Assembly: GCA_043228905.1 (NCBI GenBank)
Contig: JBHGNT010000418.1
Location: 1-26,946, forward strand
Direction: 5' to 3'
DNA from: Azolla caroliniana
Lineage: Eukaryota; Plantae; Polypodiophyta
Length of the DNA stretch: 26,946 nucleotides
Positions within the stretch are counted from its first letter, which is position 1. Every line of letters begins with the position of its first letter. Shown here piece after piece: positions 10,281 through 21,400 of the stretch. Under the pieces are notes generated by a model. That model had not been told where the DNA came from, searched no databases, and saw only the letters and a program-made list of their open reading frames with translations. Position numbers and translations under genes: made by a program.

Positions 10281-12774
10281 TTGTGTTCTAAGCCAGATAA
10301 ATATTGCTCATGTTATCGTAGTAGAGGGGAGTTCGATCCTTGATGGGAACACCTAGATCCCTCAAAATCCTCTTGAGCCATATGGCTTCATGCAGTGATG
10401 ATTGTGCCCCTGTATTAGGCCTCCGTACTCAAAAGAGCGACGATCGGCTGCTTCTTGCTACTCCAAGATATTGCTCTGCTACCGAGTGAGAAGACAAATC
10501 CAGAGGTCGATAGACGATCGGCTTTGTAGCCGGCCCAATCGGCATCCGTGTACTCTTCGAGTCGAATTGGTGTGGCCATTTGTAGAGAATGGTGTAATCC
10601 ATTGTTCCACTCATGTATTGTAATACTTGCTTAGCGCAATCGAAATGGATATCTCGTGGAGTTTGCATGAATTGGCTAAGGAGACCGACTGGATAGCTAA
10701 GGTCGGGTTGTGTGATCGTGAGATAGATGAGGCTCCCAATTAGTTGTCGATATTGAGTCGGCTCACACTCTTCTCTGCTGGAGTTGGCATCTAATTTGAG
10801 GTTTCGATCAAGAGGGGTTGCCGCGTATTTACACTCAGTCATCCTGAAATTGTATAACAAGTTGAGGATGTAGTGTCGTTGGCAGATCATAATGCCAGTC
10901 AGAATCCGAATTACTTTGATCCCAAGGAAGTAATGGAGCTCTTTCAATTCTGTCATCTCAAATTTTCCGGGGAGGAAGGACTTGACCTTGTTGATGTCAA
11001 CTAGACTTTCACCTCCCATGACCAGATCATCTACTTATAGGATGATGACAATCACGTTTCTTGAGTCATTTCGTACGTAGAGGGAGTTGTCAGATTTCGA
11101 CATTTGGAAGCCGATTTCATGAAGATACATTGTGATCTTCGAATGACAAGCACGTGGTGCTTGTTTAAGCCCGTAGAGTGGCTTCTTGAGTCAGCACACG
11201 ACTTTCGGATGAGTACGCGATTTGAAGCCAAGTGGTTGCACCATGTACACCTCTTCTTCTAATTCGCCTTGAAGAAAGACATTCTTTACGTACATCTAAT
11301 GGAGGTGCCACCCTTTCGCCGCTACGAGTGCAATTATGGTCCACACTGTCGTCATCTTTGCCACCGGGGCAAATGTCTCTTCGTAGTCAAATCCATGCAT
11401 CTGTGCATACCCTTTCGCTATGACTCAGGCTTTGTAGCAGTTGACGGAGTTGTAAGCATTATACTTCACTTTGTAGATCCATCTTCAGTGAATCGCCTTC
11501 TTGTGTGCAGTGAAGAAGGGACGAGATCCCAAGTCTCGTTTTTGGAGAGTGCTTACATCTCCTCATTCATTGCTTTGATCCATCGTAGCTTCAGAAAAGG
11601 AGGTCCGGCTCCCATACTATCGCCACCTGCATCATAAAAGCGTAATGGTACGCCATATACTCATCGTAGCCAAATCGGCGTATGGGGTTCTTTTCACAGG
11701 TGGGTCAGCGGAGCTTCTTGTTTGCGGATACTAAGGCTTTCTTCACTCTATTTGTTCGGATTTCGAGGCCATTGAACTCACTATCGAGGGAGTGAGTTGA
11801 CTTGATTTTGATCTGATCTTGGTATTCCGGCATTTTGGCCTTCCCTTTGTCTAGCTTCACACTCAACCGAGATATGCTTTGATCGCTCGGAGTCTCATGT
11901 GGCCCACTAAGCCTTGTCGTAATTGGGCTTTTTTCAAACATGTGTTCGAGTCTATCTCCATCTTCTACATCTTGTTCTGCGAGTTCTGGGTCGTGCGGGA
12001 TCAAACTCAAAGTTGTCTCTAGTGCGTACCATGATGCGGGCTCGTCGAAAACAACGTCTCGACTTACTCGAGCTTTTGCTCTAGTGAGTATCCTACGAGG
12101 ATACATTTCTCCGACTTCGGGTCAAGCTTTTGTCGTTTCTCATTGAGGATGTGCACGTATGCAATGGAGCCGAATATCCGAACATGTGATAGATCCGGCT
12201 TCTTCCCAAAAAACTTCTCATGCAGAGTAGGTTTGTGCACACCCGATGTCGTACACCGATTCATGAGATAGACGGTTGTGTTGGTGGCTTTTGCCTAGTC
12301 GAGTTAAGCATGTGCTTCTCGTTAAGCATACCCTGTGCTACTTCAAGGATGTGCCGATTCTTTTGTTCGGCTACTCCGTTCTGTTGTGGCGTATGTCGAC
12401 ATGAGAAATCTCGCCGAGTTCCTTCTTTCAGTAGAAAAGCCGAAAATTCGTCAGGGAAGTACTCCTTTCCTCTATCCGACCGAAGACATCGTACATGTCG
12501 GGCCATGGCTTTCTTGAATTCATTCTTAAATTTCTGGAAGTGTCCGAACACTTTGCGCTTTTGACGAATGGGGTAGATCCAAGTGTGTCTGGAGAAGTCG
12601 TCGATGAAGGCCACGTAGTATCGACATCCGCCGAATGTAGCCATTTGAGCCGGTCCCCATACATCGGAATGAATTATGTCGAGTACGCCTATGCTCATGT
12701 TCCTCTCCTTCAGAAACGGGTGCCGATGTTTCTTGCCGAATTTGCATGCTGCACATACGCCTTCAATCTCTTTC

Positions 12775-12775
12775 T

Positions 12776-12819
<44 letters not shown>

Positions 12820-13841
12820 GGAGGGAAACATTGTATGTAGAGTAAAATGGATTACAAGAGTAGGCAATAGAGTGCTACAAAATGGCGTTTAACCAATTTA
12901 AGTTTGGGATGATTGATAGATCCCTATTTATAAGTAATAGAGAACACTCTAGAATATTCTAGGTCATCCTAGAATGTAGAGTAATCTAGAAGGTTCTAGT
13001 GTATAGAACACTCTAGAATATTCTAGGTTATTCTAGACTGTAGAGTAATATTGAATATTCCTATGATATTAGAGTATATATTCTAAAACCTATACATATA
13101 AGAATATCAATACAATGGTTAAGGATTTGACATGTGTACAACAAGATCGTGGGGTCAAATCCTTTCGAAGCATGATGTGATCGTGAATGTCATCACTATT
13201 CCCCTTCTTCGACAACACATCTCACGAGTCGTAGGGTTTGTATAAGGACCATGTTTATGAGGATATTAGCGATGAAATGCAGTGACCATTTTCGCAACAT
13301 TGGAAAGATTTGCGGCAGGTTCTCAAGTTCGATAATTGGGGGTATACAGCTTGTTGCACACGATTTTAGAATCGAGAATGGTACCAAACCTCAAATTCGG
13401 GTCCATCCAAGAAGTCAACAGGTGGTGGGGGTGTTGTAAGAAGGAGTGGAATTGAACTTGTAGTATAAAGTTTCAAAAGGGATACATGAAATACCGGATG
13501 AAGACGCATGTGCGGAGGGAGGCCAAGACGAAATGCAACATCACTTATCTGACCAATGATCATGTAAGGACAAAACGTTGGTAATCCAATTTACTACAAG
13601 GCCAAGTGGTTTTGATGTTGTGTTGGAGAAGCCATACATGATCCCCAACGCGGAACTGTTTTGAGGAATCTAGGCGACAAGCCTCTTGTGTGTAACTTGA
13701 GCATCATGCAAATTGTGTAGAATATTCCTATGATATTAGATTATATCTTCTAAAAACTATACATATAGGAATATTAATACAATGGCTAAGGATTTGACAT
13801 GTGTACAACAAGGTCATGGGTTCAAATCCTTTATCATGACA
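12775..13841 (-). mobile_element. Internally deleted Tcn1-like chromovirus (1067 bp), TSD CTTTC
   Basis: CTTTC at 12770-12774 and 13842-13846; ~120 bp of 5' LTR fused to the integrase C-terminus and chromodomain remnant ([21 protein letters not shown]); PPT 13196-13210; 3' LTR 12775-13195. Confidence 0.85.
12778..12826. repeat. (AG)n microsatellite in the LTR U5
   Basis: Seen directly. Confidence 0.9.
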
Positions 13842-15123
13842 CTTTCTCTTTGAATGTCGGAATCGGCTTTCGTGCCCTTTGCGAACATGGCTGATTTCAT
13901 CTCGTGCGAGTCGAGAATAAACATTCAACCCTCTTTCTCAATGAAGCAACTGTCTTGATTAAATCGAACTTGCATCCATTGCTCAACAATTTGGTCGACG
14001 AAGACCAAAATCTTCATAATGGTAAGTACATGCAAGACATTCTTAATATAAGTTGAGTTAACTTCTTTGTCGAATGGGACATTGCCAATGTGCCGAATCG
14101 GATGCGTAGTGTCATCTCCGGTTTCGACATAGTCGGGTCGGTCCGGCTCTCGAAGTTCTCGGAACCATTCTTGATGAGACGTCATATGGTTTAACAACGA
14201 ACCATATGTCTTCCGGATGATGCGCTATTCGAAGTAGAAGCCGACATAGAATTTTCTTTATGTCTCATCACGAACATTCCGCCACTATCATCATAGTCAA
14301 AGTTGGTGGCGTAATCAGTGAGTTGTTGGCTAGTGGAAGCCGACTCGCGCATTTTCTTATGGCACTCTTCTTCGTGGTGACCGATTTTTCCGCAATATCT
14401 GCATTCAACTAAGTTTTGTTGGCTCAGACCGGAATGGAAGCTCCCCCTTCTTCCGAAGGTTCCTCGATGGCTTCCGTCTTGATGCCGAAATTGGGAGTTG
14501 TTTTCATAGGTCGGACCTTGTCCGCCTCATCCTTGGCCAAATCGGCCTCTTCTTGCATGGTCGCGTCCTCTTTCTCCGTCCAGGTGTGAGTAAAGCATGT
14601 GGCCTTCCGAGACGTTGCTCCTTTTTCAAACATGGTTTTCTTCGACCAACAACATGGATTGAAGATCAAAGAAGGAGGGCGAATTCTCCCGTGCTAGTAC
14701 AACGGTCCTCATTGTGCCAAACCGTGGTGCAAGGCCGTTGAGGCATATTTGCACCATGTAATCATCGTCCACATTGATGCTTGTCAAGCGAAGTGCATCA
14801 CCAAGCTCCTTGATCTTCAAGGTGTAGCTTGTGATAGACATATCCCTTTGTTGGATGTTGTTCAACTCTTGACGGGCTTGAAGCTTTCTCGCGGTTGTGA
14901 TGTAGCTCCAATAGGCTTGGCCGACAAGGTATTGATGCATCTTGTATTCCCAAGATGCAAAGTTGTTTCGATCCAACCTCTCCCTAGGGAGAGCACTCCC
15001 CATTTGAGTACTTATTGTCGATGAAGCTTTCTTTCTTCTTTGACTTCTCTCTCGAACACAAGCTATGTAGTCGCACTATGATAGAACACAACACACAGAT
15101 GGGCTAGATCGAGCTACCAAACC

Positions 15124-15135
15124 GCTCTGATACCA
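15124..15135 (-). other. Primer-binding site, tRNA-iMet
   Basis: TGGTATCAGAGC abutting the LTR end CTTTACA. Confidence 0.9.
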
Positions 15136-15363
15136 TGTAAAGAATCGGGTATGATTCTTGGGCAGCAGAAGAGATGTGTGTTATGTGTTGTGCGGAGCCC
15201 ACGCCACTAGGCGGCGGCCTTACCCCCTAGTTCTCGATCGACATATGCAATCTTCGTACTATTTGGCTTGGGATAGAGCTCAAAATGAGACTCCCATCGG
15301 CCTAGCCACATGCAAATTGCTTCTTTGGTTTTTTCCTTTTTTTGTCCCGTAAATGGCTTTACG
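15136..15363 (-). repeat. Probable short 5' LTR of the minus-strand copia
   Basis: TGTAAAG at 15136 and an imperfect inverted end CTTTACG at 15357-15363. The outer boundary is uncertain. Confidence 0.55.
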
Positions 15364-15429
15364 ACAAATGATGGTTCACCCTCATGCTCATTCGGTCTAT
15401 TAGTATCACATTATAAACTAATGACACAT

Positions 15430-16086
15430 TGTCGTGAAGAAAACCGGCCATAGGCGGAATCGGACAAAAGGCGCATGAACCGGCTCTTACACGGATGAAC
15501 ACGTGAATTGATATTTTGATATTGATTCATAAACGGATCGGCTGATGTAAATACTAAGTAGTACACATTTATTAGGGGATTGTGTCTATCTCTGTCAGAA
15601 GGGACAGGGAATAGAATGATTTGACTAGGGAAAAAGGGCACCCCCCTTTTGGGAACTATTTAAGGAGAGGAGAGAAGGAAGAAAGATATCGCGCGTTGGC
15701 GAGGACGAAGTGCTGTTGCAGAACCGAGTGCCGAGCTCTCTCTCTCCTCCAATCGTCGTTCTCTGCGAGCGTCGGGAGTTCGTTGCCTCTGCTTCGTGGA
15801 CAGCCTGTGTGCTTCTAGCAGAGTCTCTCTCTCCCCTTTTCCCCCTTTGTTTCTTCGAGTCGCGTGGCTGCCGTCGGTGTGTGTGAGTAGGACCCCGTGT
15901 CGGGTCCATTACCGGGTTGCCGGTTGTAACTGTTCGAGTTGTAAGCTATTGACTATAATAATCGGATTCCTGTTTTCTTGCTCTTAATCTTTTTCTGTGT
16001 ACTTGCATCTCTCTCTCTCTCTCTCACTCTCTCACTCTCTCACTCTCTGTGTACTTACCTACACGCGAACGCGAAACTTCGCAACA
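15430..16086 (+). mobile_element. Solo LTR (657 bp) related to 5405-6261; 4-bp TSD ACAT/ACGT
   Basis: Start TGTCGTGAAGAA..CGGCCA.AGGCGGAA and end ...ACGCGAAACTTCGCAACA resemble both ends of 5405-6261. The flanks differ by one CpG-type transition. Confidence 0.8.
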
Positions 16087-16269
16087 ACGTGCCCCAAGAG
16101 CACTATAAGATTGCCAAAGTTTGGACATCTAATGCGCGGTTGAATTAAGGAAATTTTGTATTTGTATCAAATATGACTCAATGGGGATTGGCCTAAGAGG
16201 ATTTCCTTGAATTCCTTCCGCTTGAGCAGATGACATCGGGTCATTATTATGAGCCATTCAATGATAAGT

Positions 16270-16600
16270 TTTGGCAAAGAAATAGGATAAAGTCAAACAA
16301 ATAGTCATAACATTATGTCATGACGTAAACATATCATGGCCAAACAATAATCAATATCATGATGCAACGTCAATACCCCTCTAGACGTATAAGATGAGGT
16401 TCAAGATCAGGTTACTATTGTAACACAAAGGTGTTTTAAAAACCATGGGGGTGACAAATGAATGTCTTTCCCTTATCTCTATATCGATTTTTTAATGGGG
16501 CTCCCTGAGGCTCAACCATGTATGTTTGCGTCATGAATAGTTTAAACATGGGAAAATGTTAACAATAAACTACGTCTTTGTGCCCACGCATGTGGTTTCG
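16270..16600 (+). pseudogene. Possible very old gypsy integrase remnant
   Basis: Fragments KQIVITLCHD and YIDFLMGLPEG..YVCVMNSL in different frames resemble the integrase Zn domain and core start. Confidence 0.3.
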
Positions 16601-16785
16601 GCTCTTTAAGTCCTATTACGAGGACCCAGAAGTGCACTTAGACCTAAAGTCTAAACATGTATTATAGGCATATGTATCAACAATGTTATATGGTCTTGGT
16701 AATATTTGAACTCGAGACCTTGAGAAGAAATGCATTAAACACTTGAGTGGCGTTGTGTCGTACCTGGTGCTGTCATGATATGGCA

Positions 16786-16840
16786 AGACTCGAACCCATG
16801 ACCTTAGGTTATATGGGTCGAGCTCTTGACCATTAGATCA
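16786..16840 (-). promoter_or_regulatory. tRNA-like A box and B box, antisense (copy at 22004-22058)
   Basis: TGATCTAATGG and GGTTCGAGTCT on the minus strand, 44 nt spacing, with AAGGTC in the variable-loop position. Confidence 0.6.
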
Positions 16841-16916
16841 TCTATTGTAATATGTAGGATATTATTTTCATTTACATTTTATTATAGGAAATTAGTGTAT
16901 ATTCCAGATTTCTCTG

Positions 16917-16934
16917 GAACATTCTAGAAGCTTC
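16917..16934. promoter_or_regulatory. Heat-shock element, four units
   Basis: GAAcaTTCtaGAAgcTTC, 20 bp upstream of the TATA box. Confidence 0.7.
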
Positions 16935-17209
16935 AGGATTACTCCTGAAAACACTATAAAAGAGGGCACTAGGCATTATATTGAACCAAATTGGTTCAAC
17001 GCCAGTGTTAAGCCTTTTTAGCCACCATTGTATATTCTCTTCATATAATACATATCTTTCTTATCATCATTCTCTCTCTCTCCCGATCTCTCTCTTTCTC
17101 TCCGTCTCGCTCACTTCTTCCTTCTCTCGAAGAAGTTCCACACCTCTCATAGTACTAATCCTTCGTTTAGTACTAATTCCTTCTCTGTCTCAGTACTGTT
17201 CTTGACAGT

Positions 17210-17221
17210 TTGAACCAATTT
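17210..17221 (+). other. Self-priming PBS (non-tRNA)
   Basis: TTGAACCAATTT is complementary to 16988-16999, about 30 nt downstream of the TATA box; there is no TGG-type tRNA PBS. Confidence 0.8.
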
Positions 17222-17282
17222 CTTCCTACCTTCTGTCTCTCTCATTTCCTACTAATCTTTTATTCCTCTTTTCTTTCATCCC

Positions 17283-18434
17283 ATGGCCACTGTTAGCGCT
17301 GAAGAATATCAATATGTTTTCTCGGAATTTCAATGCTTGAAGGAGAAGTTCCATGCTTTGGAACAAGAAAACCAACGGTTGCTGGGGGATCTTCAGCAAA
17401 TCTCCTTAGAAAAGCAGCAAACGCAACAACAGCATGGGGAACTTGCATTATGCGTGCAACAACTCGAAGCAACCATCGTAGCGATGCAACAACAAGGGCC
17501 CGGAACACAAGGGATTCATAAAGAACCCAAGATGGGTCTTCCCACGAAGTTCGATGGAACGCGATCGCAGTTTAGAGGGTTCCTTAACCAGGTACGATTA
17601 GTTATTCAAATGCATCCTTTCCGATATCCCACCGATGCATCACGAGTGGGTTTAGTAGGCACTTTGTTAAGTGGCTCAGCGTTGTCATGGTTCGCTCCAC
17701 TATTAGAAAAGGAATCTCCGTTACTCAACAATTTTGAAGAGTTTCTAGGTGAGTTTAAAGCATGTTTCGGAGATACTGACATCACCAGGACCGCAATCAA
17801 CAAAATCCGGCGATTAAGCCAAGGTGACCATCCAGCCTCCGCATACGCTGCAGATTTTCGCCTACTCGCCGCCGATATCCCTGGGGATGATCAAGCGTTG
17901 ATGGACAAATTCCGTTATGGTTTACGCAACGACCTCAAGGATTTACTCTTGACCTTCCCCGAAGAGCCAAAGTCCTTAACAGAAGCAATTAGTCGCGCGG
18001 TGAGATGTGACAACCATCTCTTTGAGCGACGTTCGGAACGACAGCTACAGATGCCGAGGGCAAGATCAGAGCCCACCTACGCCTCAGTGGTAGCAAGACC
18101 TTTTCCGAGGGAGTCATATAATGCGCCTCCAGCGAATACTCCGACTCCGATGGAGATTGACACTACACGTCGTCGAGGGCCATTATTTGAAGAAGAAAAG
18201 CAGCGACACCGTACAAATCGACTATGTCTTTATTGCGGTGGGCCAGGACATATCACAATAAATTGCCCCCATAGGCCAAGAAGACAGGTAAACCAAATAG
18301 TCGCTAGTTCTAATTGTACTAAACCCGAGCCTATTTCAGTAGGGATATCTGATAGTCCTAATAGTACTAATATCCCAGATCTAGCAAACAAATTTGATAT
18401 CCTTAGTCAGTTAGAAGAAGAGTTAAACGACTAA
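17283..18434 (+). CDS. gag: Gag (383 aa), PEG10/Ty3-like capsid with CCHC knuckle
   Basis: LPTKFDGTRSQFRGFLNQ, PTPMEID, CLYCGGPGHITINC; the ORF is intact. Confidence 0.95.
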   Translation: MATVSAEEYQYVFSEFQCLKEKFHALEQENQRLLGDLQQISLEKQQTQQQHGELALCVQQLEATIVAMQQQGPGTQGIHKEPKMGLPTKFDGTRSQFRGFLNQVRLVIQMHPFRYPTDASRVGLVGTLLSGSALSWFAPLLEKESPLLNNFEEFLGEFKACFGDTDITRTAINKIRRLSQGDHPASAYAADFRLLAADIPGDDQALMDKFRYGLRNDLKDLLLTFPEEPKSLTEAISRAVRCDNHLFERRSERQLQMPRARSEPTYASVVARPFPRESYNAPPANTPTPMEIDTTRRRGPLFEEEKQRHRTNRLCLYCGGPGHITINCPHRPRRQVNQIVASSNCTKPEPISVGISDSPNSTNIPDLANKFDILSQLEEELND

Positions 18435-18474
18435 GTCCAGCCAAAATAGGAGCCGTTTGGTTGGACAGCCCTAG
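18422..18474 (+). promoter_or_regulatory. -1 ribosomal frameshift signal
   Basis: G TTA AAC, a 6-nt spacer, and an 11-bp stem (18435-18445 with 18456-18466); pol lies in the -1 frame and is open across the site. Confidence 0.8.
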
Positions 18475-21400
18475 ATCTGTGCAACCCATTAGTGGTTCCA
18501 TTCCCTCTAAGCAAGTTAGTGATGTGTTCGTAGCGCAAGTAATAGTTAGTACTAAAAGTACCCCTCCAGTACATGTCCTAGCACTCCTAGATTCCGGAGC
18601 TAACTCTTGCTTTATGGATAAGAAATTTGCTCAAGCTCATAAGATATCCCTAAGAAAACTCCAGTGTTTAGCCTCTGTAATAGTCATTGATGGACGTCCC
18701 ATTGCTTCCGGAAATATCATAGAAGAGTCAGAGCCCATTAATATTGTCTTAGATAACTTAGCATGTGTAGTATCATTTAATATTATTAGTATCCCAGAAC
18801 ATCCTATAGTTTTAGGATTACCGTGGTTCGAGTTACATAACCCAGACATAGATTGGAGAACAAGAGAAATCCAGTGTCGACAAACCCAAGGGTCAACTCA
18901 GAAGATGGCAACCATTTCGCTACGTCAGTTGCGTAAAGAAGGGCGCAAGGAGGAAATGTTCCTCTTTGCAATATCAGTAAACCCCTCCAGCACCACTAAA
19001 GAAGAATCCACCATTCAACTTCCCGAGAAGTATCGTCATTACGCCGATGTGTTCGATAAAGTACAAGCCAACACACTTCCTGATCATCGACCGTACGATT
19101 GCCCCATCTATTTACAACCGGGAAAAGAGCCGCCATGGGGACCGATCTACAATTTGTCACCAACCGAGCTAGAAGTCCTTCGGGCCTATATAGAGGAGAA
19201 TTTGGAAAATGGTTTCATTCGGCATTCGAAATCTCTAGCCGGCGCGCCCATTTTCTTCGTCAAGAAAAAGGATGGATCACTTCGTCTCGTTGTAGATTAC
19301 CGTGGCTTGAATAAGGTTACAATCAAGAATAGGTATGCTCTTCCCCTTATCTCAAGTCTTTTAGAACGGATCAATGGTGCCAGGTTCTTCACGAAGATCG
19401 ACTTACGGGGAGCATATAACCTCGTACGGATCCGACTAGGAGACGAATGGAAGACCGCGTTTCGCACCAGATATGGGCACTTCGAGTATACGGTCATGCG
19501 GTTCGGCCTCACTAATGCGTCGGCAGTCTTCCAACACATGGCTAATGATATATTCCGAGATCTATTGGATGATTGTTTGATCATCTATTTGGATGATCTA
19601 CTGGTTTATTCAAAGACCCAAGAAGAACATGATTCTCATGTACTATTAGTACTAAAACGACTTCGAGAACATGGTCTGTATGCAAAGCTGGAAAAATTTA
19701 GTTTTGGGTGCAACCAAGTGGAATTTCTCGGTTACATCATTTCGTCAGAAGGCATCTCCATGGACCCAGCTAAGGTCAAAACGGTGGTAGAATGGCAGAC
19801 TCCGCGTTCGGTGCGGGATGTGCAATGCTTCTTAGGGTTTGCCAATTTTTACCAGAAGTTCATACAAGATTACTCAAAGATCGTTCTACCTCTCACACAA
19901 CTTACCAGGAAGGGACAATCGTTCATCTGGTCTGAAGAAACGGACATGGCTTTCAAGAGTCTTAAAAAAGCATTTACATCGGCTCCAATTCTAGCTCATG
20001 TCGATCCGGAAAAACCATTCATTATCGAAGTTGACGCATCGGATTTTGCATTGGGGAGAATTCTGTCACAACAGGGGAATGATGAGAAGCTACATCCTGT
20101 GGCTTTTCACTCACGCAAGTTTGACGCCGCCGAAATCAACTACGAAATTCATGATAAGGAGCTATTGGTAATAGTGGATTCTTTTATGCAATGGAGGCAT
20201 TTTCTGGAGGGATCCTCACATCCAGTCACCGTATTTAGTGACCACAAGAATCTTGCCTACTTTCAGGATGCTCGTGTGTTGAATCGACGTCAAGCTCGGT
20301 GGGCCCACTTCCTCACGCGTTTCGACTTCAAAATTACATATCGTCCGGGGAGGCACCAAGGGAAGGTAGATGCATTATCACGGCGTTCGTATCTAGCACC
20401 CCGTCCTGGAGAGCCAGCTTTCGATAACAAAAAACAAGTCATCTTGGGACCGGCATGACTACAAGCAACACAGATCTTTGACATGCCTATGGATTCCCGC
20501 GTTATCGATACCATACGTGAAAACTTGAAGACAGATGCGTTCGCCCAAGCTATACTAGCACAAATTGATCCCTCTCGAGCGTCGTGTTCACAGTCGCAAC
20601 CACCAGGTACGGACTATCGGCAATTCAAATACCATGATGGATTACTCTTCTTTAAAGAACTTTTGCATGTTCCTAATGGTTCTTGCCGCCTTCGAGCAAT
20701 ACAAAACTGCCATGACACATATATAGCTGGGCATTTTGGTAGTACTAAAACATTACATTTAGTACAACGAACATTCTGGTGGCCCTGTATGCGACAATTT
20801 GTCGAGGATTTTGTTCGGACTTGTGATACATGTTGCAGAACAAAAATGCCAAGGCATCATCCATATGGTTTATTAGAACCATTACCAATTCCAATGAAGC
20901 CGTGGCAATCCATTGCTCTAGACTTCATCACAGATCTTCCAGTCTCTAAGGGGTCGATCGATATACGAAGATGGCTCATTTCTTGCCATGTACTAAGGAG
21001 ATCTCCAGTGAAGACACTGCCGAAATTGTCATGCGTGAAGTATGTCGGCATCATGGACTTCCCGATAGTATCATCAGCGACCGTGGACCCCAGTTCGTGT
21101 CAAAATTCTAGAAGCACCTTTTTAACATGCTCAAGGTTACTTGTAACCTCTCCTCCGGCTACCACCCACAAACCGACGACCAAGCTGAACGAACAAATCA
21201 AACGCTGGAGCAGTATCTGCGGTGCTTTCTCAGTTATCATCAAGATGACTGGGCAGATATTCTCCACTTCGCCGAATTTGCCTATAACAACTCTATCCAC
21301 GCATCCACTAAAGTTACGCCATTTTATGCTTATACGGGATGTCACCCCCGGTGGAGTGTACTTGAAACCCCAGAGGTGTCCCCAAATCCGTGCGCGGAGG

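Larger units (their letters stand above)
10281..15363 (-). mobile_element. Degenerate Ty1/copia element: 5' LTR, PBS, gag, PR, IN, RT, truncated in RNase H
   Basis: gag 14626-15003, CRYCGKIGHHEEEC near 14380, protease remnant 13925-14197, integrase (IIHSDVWGP, PQQNGVAE), RT (ELHYFLG, TQPDLSYPVGLLSQFM). Many stops and deletions. Confidence 0.9.
16771..17207 (+). repeat. 5' LTR
   Basis: TGTCA...TGACA; TATAAAA at 16955-16961. Confidence 0.97.

Noticed and set aside
16702-16749. A further antisense A/B-box pair next to the chromovirus insertion
   Set aside because: Both boxes are degenerate (CACTCAAGTGT, AGTTCAAATAT) and the spacing is about 37 nt, too weak to count.
16981-17205. Duplicated 74-aa ORF (also 22199-22423)
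   Set aside because: A non-ATG ORF over CT-rich LTR sequence, duplicated only because the LTRs are.
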